A stretch of DNA of 64,000 nucleotides from Felis catus (GCF_018350175.1 NC_058368.1:234548001-234612000); one strand, 5' to 3'; shown: positions 1 through 11,334, numbered from the stretch's first letter. The notes: generated by a model not told the origin, from the sequence alone. Translations and numbers: made by a program.

Positions 1-2374
1 GGGCTCGTCAGGTGACTTCTCGGCTCCCACAGACACGCCCTGCTCTCCATTCCCCATCCTTTGCCACCTGTTAGGTCCCAAATCTGCTTCTTCCCCCGAC
101 TTTCTCAATCTGGGGTCCTGGGTCCCCCGGCACTGCTTTCTCCCTCCCAGACTCACCGAAGTGGCTGGCCAGGAGGAGGACACCAGGAAGGACACCAGGA
201 GGACACTTCGGAGACTCACCGAAGTGGCCGGCCAGGAGGAAGAATGGGGAAGGGAAGCCTTGGGGACACCAAGAGTGACACAGCTGCCATGGCCAAGTCA
301 AGGTAGACCCTCAGTAGGTGGGTGCTGCGTGAACAAATGAATGAAGTATGATGATGAAAAATGAGCAAACAATCCTTTTAGTTTGCTGACTTACTGGGTA
401 GGGAAGCGTAGACGTTACTGGAAACATTTCTGCCGTTACAACGACTCCTTTGTGTGTTTTGGGAATGCCTGATTGTCCCATTTACGGGCAATGAAACAGC
501 ATTCGGGAAAGCAGCGAGCCTGAGCGTTAGAGTCCCACCCACCTGTAGGGGACAATGCTCCTTCTGAGAACATCACACAGAAGGTTCGAAGATCCCACTG
601 ACCCCAGGATCCCACCTCTCCCACATCCCCAGGGCACACATGGGCCACTGCCAGAGGTCAGGGCCACAGATACCCAACAAAGGGGCGCTTATCCAAACAG
701 CAACCAAGGTATGACTGTGGGGCTGCCTGACACGCCAAAGGCCAACGTGAACGGGTCTGTCATTGTCCCCACTGGGTACTTCTCCGTGGCAGGCACTCGA
801 CGCGTGTCTTAGGCACCACTGTATGCCCGGTAACTGTCTAGTACATAGTAGGCACTCAATACCTGTGTCATGGGAACTGGTTGATTCCTACTAGTTACTT
901 CTGGGTAGTCCGAGTGCCTGAGCCCTAACGGCTGCGTCTAATGCGTCAGTGAACTCTCTCGAGCACACTTCCTTTTCCAGGGGCCATGCTCCCCTCGGTT
1001 TAGGGAGGAAGGACGTGGTTTTATGACGGCCTCCTCTATAAGAGGAGGGCTCCCAGGGGGCTCAGCCAGGCCGGACACAGGACAGTGAGTCCAACAAGGC
1101 AGGAGGGGAGAAGGTAAGACAGTTACCTCCACGGCCACGGACACTCCTGCTGTGGCCACTGGTGAGGAAATGCACGTGGACAAGGTGAGCAACTCGTGGC
1201 CCAGGGTGGCTTTTTCAATCCTGGCCCACACATTAGAATCACCTTGGAGTTTTTCCAAGCCGTCCCCAGGGCCTGATCCTGAGGGGAGGGCTCCGGCACC
1301 AGAATCCTTGAAAGCCTCCCAGGGCATCCAATTTACCGAGGGAGCTGAGAACCACTGGCAGAGAAGAATGAAGCCCCACCTGCCCCCCTCCCTCCTTCTC
1401 GCCTCCCCATTACCTTATCAACCTGGCAAAGATCTCAGGTTCACGAGATCGGAAATGTGGCTCAAAGGACCCACTCTCAGTGGCTGCTTTAAAAACCAGA
1501 CAAAACACGGAAGCCATCTCGGAGGGTTTGTTAGCTGTCCCCAACGTACTGCTACCGAGGCCGCCTTACTTCTAAGCGTGGACTCTCACACGCCTGTCCC
1601 TAGGGATGAAAAAGGGCAGAGCTCTGGGTTGTGGGCCTCGGGCTTCAAAACAAACTTCGAATTGTTGTTACTTGTTGGCATTTTCCATCAAGGAATGAAA
1701 CCCCCCGAAATTACCCTGTCCCTTAACGAGAAACACAGACCTGTCACATCCCTTCCCACAAGTCAGAAGCGTGCACAGAAACGCATTTATATTCTCTTCC
1801 TGCAAATTCAGATTCTCAAAAGTCCACAACTCAGGGTAAAGTGAGTCACTACTATTCTTAACTGCACCATCAGCCACGGCGCTGCGCCCTCGCCAGGGAT
1901 CCAGCTATGGGAGCCCGCCAACTTGGCATAGGGCTATTTTTAGGATACAGAGTCCTGTCTGTGTCCTCCTGCCCGTCCTACTTGATATCGGAACAAGCTA
2001 TTTTTTCTTCAAACGGCCAAGCACATGGCTACCTCAAGCTGCAGAGTCATCCTGGGTGGGCAATTATCTCCGTCACCTACACTCGGCACAGGACAAAAAG
2101 ACAGAGTGACTCATTAGCACTCCCCACCAATCCATGCTGCTCGTGAACCCGTGGCTTTACCCGCCCCCTGGTTATCACTGTTTACACTCTACATACATAC
2201 CCCCCCCCAGCCCCCACTACTTCCCCCTATAAGGGCTACTGGCCCTCCCGGGCCCTCCTCAGTGTGGCCTTGCGTTCACAGGAATTGGCCTCACCTACAT
2301 TACTCTGCAAACCAGTAAAAGCCTCTAGAGACACGAGGTTGAACTGGTTATAAAATCCCCATTTGAGCTTGTTC

Positions 2375-2720
2375 TGGTTTGCTACCATGACCCTACACAA
2401 TTCCCATACTGAGTCCTAATCCCCGGCACCTCGGAATGTGACTGTGTTTGGAGGCAATCAAGTCCATCTGATGTCGTTGGGGTGGGCTCTCAGCCAATGT
2501 GATCGGTGTCCTTACGAAACGAGGACACAGATGTGCACAGTGGGAGGAGCACGTGAAGACATAGGGAGAAGTCCGAGAGCCACGGAGAGTGGCCTGGAAA
2601 TTCTCCCACGCAGTCCCAGGAGAACCCCACCCTGCTGACAGACACCTGATTTCAGACGTCTGCCTTCCAGAATGGCCAATGTCTGTTGTTCAGCGCCACC
2701 CTGCCCCCCCCCCCGCCCCC
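2375..2720 (+). mobile_element. MaLR LTR (MLT1A/B-like), degenerate
   Basis: cctaatccccggcacctcggaatgtgactgtgtttggag...ggtgtccttacgaa motifs. Confidence 0.65.
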
Positions 2721-4150
2721 CGCAGTCCACGGTGCTTCCTGACAGCTGCCTGGCCAACGGTATAGGGCTTCAAACCCCGTGTGTTGATTACACCAGCTTA
2801 GAAACCACAGCACTTTAGGACCCAAAGAAACGGTGGTTGATCTTCATCGCTCTTTCTGAGAAGACCTGGAGATTTTGCAGCCATACGTCAAATGCTATTC
2901 CAAGACTTCGCACTTCAGAAGAAGTTCTGAAGAAGGCTGTATTTGTGCGCGTGTGTGCGTGCGCACACACAATTCGCAGTGGCACGATGCAGAGAGCTTT
3001 AAGCCCTAAGGTCGAGCTCAGAGATGCCCTGGATCATCAAACCGCTGAATTGCAGGGCGCTTTACTTTTTCCACCACGTTCCGACAAGTGGAGACACCTG
3101 CCAGCTTCCTTTGTTCAAAGAGCCCAGAAACTAACTCTGTTAGGCAAAACATCACTGTCCTGGAATCGCTTCCCAGCTTGTGGTTCAAACACGAAGATCT
3201 GAGGCCGTGTCAGTCCCGCTGTTCTCATTCTTCTGCGGACGCCTGCCTGGGTATTCTGTTCTCTGCGGCCACAAACGATTATCACGCGGGTCACACCCAG
3301 CAGACCGCTGCCTGGAGGAGACGGCCAGGTGCTTAGACGGTCCCCGGTCGGACTCTGCCAGTCGTGACAGCCTTCACTACCGAGGATCCTCGGTTTCCAG
3401 AGCTTTGCCAGTCATCGCGAGAATTGGAACAGGAGGTATCGACTTCCCCCGACTGTGCCGAGCCACGGTCTCCTCACCTGTACGGGGACCATGGAAACAC
3501 TAGTGCCAACTGAGGTGACGCAGCCTAAGTGTGAGCTGGCCCGGGGCTTAGCACAGAGCACCCCGTGAGGTTAGCTGCTGCTATTATGCTGAGCATCGCC
3601 TGCACGTTGGGCTGAGCTGTGTGGTTGGCTCTGGGAAAACAGAGGAGGAGTAAGGAACAGTCTTTCAAGTGCCATCTGGTTCCCTGCCCCTGGCAATGTC
3701 TAAGTGATTGGAGAAGGGGACACTCGGGAGGCAAAGTGATGTGCAAGCACAAAGCTGAGTTGGAACCTCCTCAAATGGCTTTTGGGGACCCTTCTGCTCC
3801 AAGGACTGCCAGGAGAGGGTCTCTATCGATCATTCAGTGATCCCAGGCTCCAAACCTGGTGTGTGAGCCAGGGAACTCCGAGTCGCTTCCCGACCAGGGC
3901 CCTCCAACGCGGGTGCTAGTGAGCCTAGGTCTCCAGAGTCTGTACTCGGAAAGCTTGGCAGGGGGAGTCTTGTGTGTGAGGCCACCTGCTAGGTCTCACG
4001 CTGCAATGAACTTCCGGACCGTCTTACAGCTTCTGAAGGTCGCAAATCCTACCCTGGAGCCAGGGAGCGTCTCTTTTGGTTCGGTAAATGATAAAGGGTA
4101 TAAATTATGATCCAACATTTTCATCCGTTCACTTTAAAAGTTTGGAAATT

Positions 4151-4369
4151 GGGGCGCCTGGGTGGCGCAGTCGGTTAAGCGTCCGACTTCAGCCAGGTCA
4201 CGATCTCGCGGTCCGTGAGTTCGAGCCCCGCGTCAGGCTCTGGGCTGATGGCTCAGAGCCTGGAGCCTGTTTCCGATTCTGTGTCTCCCTCTCTCTCTGC
4301 CCCTCCCCCGTTCATGCTCTCTCTCTGTCCCAAAAATAAATAAAAACGTTGAAAAAAATTTAAAAAAAA
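4151..4369 (+). mobile_element. Feline Can-SINE (SINEC_Fc, young subfamily) in UBE2QL1 intron 1
   Basis: ggggcgcctgggtggcgcagtcggttaagcgtccgacttcagccaggtca head, (CT)n, A tail. Perfect 16-bp TSD taaaagtttggaaatt at 4135-4150 and 4370-4385. Confidence 0.95.
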
Positions 4370-6961
4370 TAAAAGTTTGGAAATTTTCCACTTCATTGCG
4401 GAAAACCAAAAGAATTACTGAGAATGTCTCCATTCGGTCAGAACAAGGCTTAGTTATAGACAATAAGCAAGCAGGGCATGTGTCTCACTGTGTCTACAAA
4501 GAACACATCCTACAAGAAATGCACATCGATCTCACTTAAAACCACCACAATCCATAAAGCAGCACGCAAGACATCGGATAACGCGGGCCCACTAGGTAGA
4601 GGTCTCGTGACACGACTCAATTTATCGTATCCTGCGATAACAGCGAGCTTTTTATTTCATGCACAAAACCGTTCAGCAAACCTTTTCTTCACACTCCCGA
4701 TGGAACCTTTAAAAGTGTCTTACGGTTTCTCCGAAGGTGCAGAAACAAAGTCAACTTAGTACACCCTCGATTTGGAAAGTTAAGCTGAGCAGTTATGCAA
4801 GTGGGAAAAAAGCCTTTCTTAACTTTGTCTCTTAAGACACACGAATCCAAAAAAAGGAATGGCAACAGAGAGGGGAATTTAACTAGAGTAGAACGGTTCT
4901 TTCCTCTAAACTAATTATTGGTTCGGCCATCCTGGCTGTCTTTGAATACCTCATCAGGTGTTTTGATGGCTTTGCCAAAGCCTGTTACCTTTCACCACGA
5001 AAAGAGTATTTGCACCAAGCAGTCTGTAAGCAGGGACCTCGAAACGGAAAGGCACGCTAATGTTCAGGTCCCTGAAACACTGTTAGAATCCTTTTGTGCA
5101 CAGGATCTTGAAACATCATGGCTTCATTTCTCCTATTTGTATGTTGCATTCTGAATAGTTGACGTGAATCCCCCTTTGGTGTCTTTTCGGGTGTTGAAGC
5201 CAGCACAGACAAGGCAAAGGTGTTGAGCTGGTGATTTGATACATTGGCCTGTTCTTGCCTTTAGTTCAGGTATTTTACACACTAGAATTTAGAATGGATA
5301 GGAATACAACAGGTTTGGTGGAGGGCCCTGAGTTCAATTAAGTGAGGTTTGAAATTAATCAGTAAGAATGTTGACAATTATTTTCAACAATGAAAGCAAT
5401 AATCTTGCAACTTGCAAACTGTGTGTAAGGCTCAATTTGGTCACGAAGGGAAGGAACGTATACCCAAGGAACTTTAAGAGAAGTGCAGGGCATCGATGCA
5501 ATTATTATGCACAACATTAATTTAAACGTGGAAACCACTTAATTTACAAAGATGTATCTCTTTTTAAGAAACGTCCTCACTTCCCATTTGAAATCTTTAT
5601 TTTCCTGCACCTTTCAAAATGCAGGCTGTGGTCCAAGGGACCTCTAGGACCTCTTCCAAACCTAAAATGTCATGATTCTGTGGCTCTATAACATGACATT
5701 CCTCTTCCCCTGATCCCCAAAGTCATCTCACCGTGGAGAATGAAAGTAAAGACTTCCAGAAAGTTCTGATTCACAATGATTTAAGAAACAGATAACAAAG
5801 GCCTTTTTTTTTTTTTTTTTTTTGCAGAATATTCTTCCACATCATTTGTACAAATCCTGTTGGAAAAATAAACTAAGGTGGCCCCTCCCCCCACCCGCCC
5901 CACTCCTGTGGCTTGTATTTAAATCTCAGGCACCTTACATCAGAGGCAGCACTGAACGGAAAGGAGTCAGCATGAACCTCTGACACAAAAGCATTACACC
6001 TCTCTCAGTTAAAGATGTCTCTCCAGAGCTGTCATATGCATCCTTTTCCTAACTCAAGAAATTAGTGGAACCGAATGAATCCCAGAAAAGACAGACCGGC
6101 AGGATGGTTACTTAGTAACAACAGACTAGGGGCAAGCAGGAAGTGCTCCTCCACTGGAGTCAGGACGCTATTTGAGTAGAATCCCAGGGGCTCTACCTCT
6201 GGTGAACTTGGCAGTGAACAAGCATTATTTGATTAGTGTGAAAAGATCCTGCCGTGAAAGGGACCGAGGCAGGTGACAGAGGACTGATGGTTTCTGATAT
6301 GCTGGCTGTAGAATGAGCAAATCGAGGTCATTCGGGGTCTTCTAAACGAAACAACGATTCTCCATAATCTACAACTGCCCATACAAAAATACGGTCTTAT
6401 CAACTGCTTCATATTGATTCGGGAAAATATCAATCAACTCGAGCATCATCAAGAGCATGCAGCGTGGCAAGATAAAACCATCAGGCCCCTGTCTGGAGCC
6501 AGGTGGGAACACAGTTCAGAGAAGACGCATTCATTCTTTGCTCTGGGGTCCTCAGGCGTGGAGCTGCCCGCCCCTACTCCCTGGGGGAGTTCACTACTTA
6601 GTTAAAAATCTTTAGCCCTGAGAAAGGATTTAACTTGCAGAGGCACGAGGCAACCCAGGGAAGAAACAGGTCTCGGAGAGACCCGGACCTTGAACACCTG
6701 CCCCAGAGGTGATGGTTCCGGAAGGGGGCAGGTAGGCGCCAGGCATTTCCTTGACAGAGTCTGGCCTTGACACTTAAGGAACCACTCAAACCACACCTCG
6801 GCTGCTCCAGTGAAATTTCTCAAGAGCAGTATTTTCACCTCTGCTCTAGATGCCTGTCAGAGGAGCCGGCAGAGCAGGGCTATAGGTTCACCAGCAGGCC
6901 AGCCCTCCGCAGGGCACCCCACACCCCTGCGGGGCACCCACCTGAGATGTTGCTGAGAAGA

Positions 6962-6964
<3 letters not shown>

Positions 6965-7004
<40 letters not shown>
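6965..7004. repeat. (GT)20 microsatellite in UBE2QL1 intron 1
   Basis: Direct reading. Confidence 0.97.
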
Positions 7005-7005
<1 letters not shown>

Positions 7006-7397
7006 GGGGGCAGAGCAGGGCGTTCGGGTCGTGAGGTACCCCTAAAGTTCCACCTTCAGGAAATTATGGGGTTTCCCAGAAGGGGAGAAACAGATGGGGG
7101 GGAGGGAATGAGGGGGGTCAGGGAGATGGAGGGGGGCTGGGAAGGAGGAAAGGGGGAGAAGGAGTAGGACATGCGGCCTATGCACCGGGGCAAAGGGGGC
7201 AGGAGAGAGGTGGATGCGGAGTGGAGAAGGCCACCAAGGGCAGGGGGTGGAGGGGTGGGGCGCGAGGGGAGACGGGGAGGGGTGAGGCGCAGCAGGAACG
7301 GGGTGGGGGGTGGAGGAAGAAAGGGAGCCGAGCCCCGGGCACGGGGGCGGGGGTGGGGAAGCGGGACACAGGACGAACGGTGGTGGCGAGAGGCGCA

Positions 7398-7425
7398 GAG
7401 CGAGCGAGCGAGCGAGCGAGCGAGC
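7398..7425. repeat. (GAGC)7 tetranucleotide repeat
   Basis: Direct reading. Confidence 0.95.
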
Positions 7426-7555
7426 GCGCGCGGAGACCGGAGACCCGGAGGGACGGCGCTGGGGCCCCCGCAGCGTCGCCCCGTCGGAGGCGGGTCTGGA
7501 AGCGGCCGCCCGGCGCCCCGCGCCCCCGCCCTCCCCGCCGGCCCGCCCGCCTTAC

Positions 7556-7977
7556 CTGGCCCTTGACCAGGCTGGCGGCGAACTGGCGCATGACGGCCTC
7601 CACGGTGTAGGCGCTGGACCAGCCGCGCGGCGTGAGCAGCTCCATGCAGATGGCGCCGCCGTCCAGCACGTAGCCGTTCTCCAGGCGCGGGCTGAGCACC
7701 CGCATGAAGGGCGGCGAGAAGGGGAAGTTGTCGGGGAAGGTGAGGTTGAGCAGGATGAACTCGGTGTTGGTCTCCTTCATGTCCTGCCACAGCACCGAGT
7801 CCTTGTCCACCTGGTGCAGCTTCACGTTCCAGTCGAAGAGGCTCTCGTCCACCAGCTCCACCGAGATGAAGCGGTCGCTGAGGCGCGCGATGTCCTGCAG
7901 CTCCTTCATGAGCCGCCGGCTGCGCACCTGCGTGCAGTGCTGCTGGCGCGCCGCGGGCACCAGGCTGCCGCCCGCCG

Positions 7978-8011
<34 letters not shown>

Positions 8012-8177
8012 GCCCGGCCCCGCCCTGGCGCCCGCCGCCCGCTCCCGGGGGCCCCCGGCGCCCGCCGCCCCCGCCGCCCCCGCGGCCGGCTGCGGCGGCT
8101 TGTCGCGCGGGGCCGGCTCCGCCGCGCGCTTGCCCTTGCCCTTGCCGGGCCCGGGGCTCGCGTCGCCCGCGCCCCCG

Positions 8178-8215
<38 letters not shown>

Positions 8216-8365
8216 GTGGCCGCCGCTCTTGGCGCCGCCCTTGCCGCGCAGCGACGCGCTCTGCTGGCCGCCGCCGCCGCCGCGGTGGTTGTGGTGGTGC
8301 TTGGGGTCCTCGGTGTCCCGGTTGTGCAGGCGGATGAGCCCGATTTTGCGGAGCAGCGTGGCCAT
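7556..8365 (-). CDS. UBE2QL1: Ubiquitin-conjugating enzyme E2Q-like 1, coding exon 1 (270 codons from the upstream ATG; 118 codons from the internal MKELQ ATG at 7909). Exon 2 lies beyond the left edge of the window.
   Basis: Translation contains MKELQDIARLSDRFISVELVDESLFDWNVKLHQVDKDS...PFSPPFMRVLSPRLENGYVLDGGAICMELLTPRGWSSAYTVEAVMRQFAASLVKGQ, a UBE2Q-family UBC domain with catalytic Cys codon at 7646-7648. Phase-0 donor CAG|GTAAG at 7556/7555. ATG at 8365 is in context aaaATGG. MED10 is the neighbour, as in human. Confidence 0.95.
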
Positions 8366-11334
8366 TTTAGGCTCGGCGCCGGCGGGGGGCTCCCCTCGGC
8401 TCCTGCCCCCGGGGCCCGAGAGTCGGGGCGCGGGGGGCGCGGGGCGGCGGCGACGGACGAGCGCTCAGCGGGGCGCGGCGCGGGCCACCCCCGGCGCCGG
8501 CGGCCGTGGCGCAGCCGAGTGGGCAGCACGCGCGCTCGCCGGCCGCGGTGTCGCCGCTGTCATATGACGGGGCCCGCTCCGGCTCGGGCTCCGGCCGCCA
8601 GGCGAGGGGAGGCGTGGAGGGGACGCGGCAGCGGCTGGTCGTCCCCCCCGCCCCCTTCCCCGGCCGGTCCCTGGGCGCAGCCCCCGGGAGCCCGGCGTCC
8701 GCGGTCCTTTGTGCGCGGCCGCGGCCGGACCGGCCTGGAGTCCGAGCGCCGCGCCGGGGCGCGCAGAGCCGTCCGCAGCGCCCCGGAGGCAGCTAGGTGG
8801 CCGCGGGCTCGCGCCGTGCGCGCCCGCCGGACCGTGCCGCGCTGGCGGCTACCGCGGGGCCCCGGCCGCTGCCGCTCGCGTCGCCGCCGCCGCTGCGGCT
8901 GCTGACATTGCAGAGGCGGCTGCTCCGTCTGAGCCGATCGCGGCGCGGAGGGGGCGGCCCTGCCGGCCGGGGGGGGGGGGCGCGCGGGGCGGAGCCGCGG
9001 GCTTGCCTGCGCCGAGCCGCCCCCGCCGCCCGCCCGCCCGCCGCCCGGCTCCCGCGGCGACACGCCACGGCCGCTGGGGGGAGACAGCGGCGCGCGGCGG
9101 GCTGGCCGGGCGCCGGGCGGCGGGGCAGCGGCGCGGGGCCGAGCGACGCGCGGAAGCCGGGCGACGGCGGACAGCGGCGGGAGAGGGGGCGCGCGCGCGC
9201 CCGCGGGGGTCGCGGGGGGGTGGGGGCGGGGGCTCAGGGGCCTTCGGCCCGGGATGCGGGCTCGCCGCCGCCCCCCCGGGGCGCGAGCCTCCGACCTCGC
9301 TTAACCTCGTTAGCGCGATCCGGAGGGGAAGGGGTGTCGGGGAAGGGTAGAAAGCAACCTGTTTTCTTGGTCGCCTCGGACCAGATGGAGCCCAGTGTCC
9401 CACACAGCAGTCCCCGGCCGGCGGAGGCGGAGACTGGGGGACAGGCGGCGGGGACGCTTTCATGAAGACTGACCGAATGAAGGATCGGGGCCTGGAGGGG
9501 ACGATGCGGGAAGCGTGCCCGCCGCAACCCCCCTAAAGACTAGCCCCTCCCCTCCCCCGCGCCCCGAGTCACGACTTTAAAGGGTGAACGTTACGCAGAG
9601 TCACCCCCACCGGCCGGCCTGGCCTCCCTCCTGTCCGCCACTCCAGAGGGTTCTGAGTTCAGAAAGGAGGAGGAGGGGACTGCCGAGCACTGCCTTTCGA
9701 GTCGTCCCCCAAACTGGGCGGGGGTGGGGGAGGCATCCAGCGCCGCGCCCGCGGGTGCTGGAGACGCACGGCGCGCCCCTCTCCGCTCCGCCGCCCCGGA
9801 GTCCCTGGTAGCTGCCGCGGACCTCAGGTCCGCCCGCGGAAAGGAAGGGGATCCTCCTTCCATCTGGACACCTCCATCCCTCTTTGCCCTTTCTGCCTTT
9901 CACCCACTGAAACTTATAATTTTTATCGGGTGAAATTTCAAGCAAAAAGCTTGTTCGGTGCTCCAGAAGCTGGAAGAGCCCGAGAGCCGGGGAAGCCTGG
10001 AGATTTGCAGGGAGCGCGCTGCCGCTCGCGTTCCAGTGTGTGCGGCCGGACGGCGCAGTGGTGAGAGGCGCGCCCATCTCCTTGAAATGGGGGAGAAATT
10101 ACCCCCTAAACCTCAATCAGTGGCCAAGAACTCTAAACCTCACCTCTTTTTCCGACGTGACTTTCAACTTGGGGCGTCTCTAAGTTCATTAGCAGGGCGC
10201 GTTCATTCTGGTGCCACAGTATTGTTTTGTTTTTTAAAGCATCTTTATCATTTTCATTTCATTGTTTCATTTCCAAATCATTAAAGGTTTTCATGGCATG
10301 AAAGAACTCTCCAGGCCTCAGGCCACCTGCGGAGACTAGTTGAGACTGAATGGGTGTGGGGTTGGGCTTTCCGGGGTCGTCTCCGGGGGGAAAGGGAGGT
10401 GTTAGCGTAGTCCTCACCAGTTTGTGGCAGTGAGCAGTGGACACCTGCTCCCTGGGGCACAGACCCCCACCCCGGAGAGGTGACGATACGAAAGTGCATT
10501 TCCGGGAGGCTGTGTTCAGGTGGGTGGAACTGAGGACAGTGCAGTGTGGCCCAGGCGAGACCAGTGATGGTGATCAAATGTCAGCCAGAGCTGGAGGGTC
10601 CGTTGGTCCGGGTTTCATGGGCTTTTCTGCTGACCTTATTTTGTCCAGCTGTGTTTTGTAAGGATAGGCTGAAAAGCAGGATGACGATGTCTGTTTGTAA
10701 AGTACTGTGTGTTCACTTCATCTACACTCGAGGGGTACACGCTGGATGGTAACGTTGGTGGGGATGGGCAGGCATTACAGGTTTTATCGTTTTGTGGCTT
10801 CTGAGCCCTCTCAGGTTTTACGTGACCCCTGGTGCTGGTGAAGAAACGGACTTTCAAAGAGGCTCAGTCCTGTGCTCTGACCTACCCCCTGGTCCTGTGC
10901 CTCCCAGCCCCAAGCTGTGGGTTGACCAGCTGCCCCTGACAGCACAGTGCACTGTCAGGACTCTGGGTTCGGTATCAGCCCCAACCCCCACCAGGAGGGG
11001 TGTGACCGTCAGTGCCACAGCCACCTGGCCTTGGGTGTGGCCTCAGAGAAATATCGGTGGCAGCAATAGTGACCAGTTCTCCCTGAAGCAAGGAGGTCAT
11101 CCAGTGTGAGTTGGGAATGATGTAGCTGAAATCCCAGGTACCTAATGTAAAACTATTTTCAGGTGGAATGATTACTGGGGTGGTCACATGACTTATTGTC
11201 TGGATGCAGATCCTTTTTGAGAGTGTGTTGCTGGGACAAGAGGGCCGGTGAAGAACCCAGAGACACGCAAGGTGGAAGTCATCTTACTTATGACCTCTCC
11301 CACAGACTTACACGTCTCTGATCCACTCTTGAAA

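Larger units (their letters stand above)
7320..10080. promoter_or_regulatory. CpG island / promoter of UBE2QL1
   Basis: Very high GC and CpG density and many GGGCGG boxes across exon 1 and its 5' flank. The TSS cannot be placed from sequence. Confidence 0.9.

Noticed and set aside
1152..1844. 230-aa ORF, and similar 150-260 aa ORFs at 14227 and 35510
   Set aside because: Non-ATG starts, no recognisable homology, and partial overlap with old repeats (MER5-like at about 1205-1360).
2689..2740. Partial REST/RE1-like motifs near a neuronally expressed gene (also near 21950)
   Set aside because: Only half-site or multi-mismatch matches, and this one lies at the end of an MLT1 fragment.
7178..7555. 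C-terminal part of the 395-aa ORF-track protein after ...LVKGQ
   Set aside because: This is read-through into intron 1. A canonical CAG|GTAAG donor sits at 7556/7555 and homology ends there.
7310..8905. 531-aa plus-strand ORF and other overlapping ORFs across the UBE2QL1 CpG island (including polyCys and polyArg frames)
   Set aside because: Shadow ORFs: stops are scarce in extreme-GC sequence and antisense to a GC3-rich CDS. The products are low-complexity with no recognisable domain.
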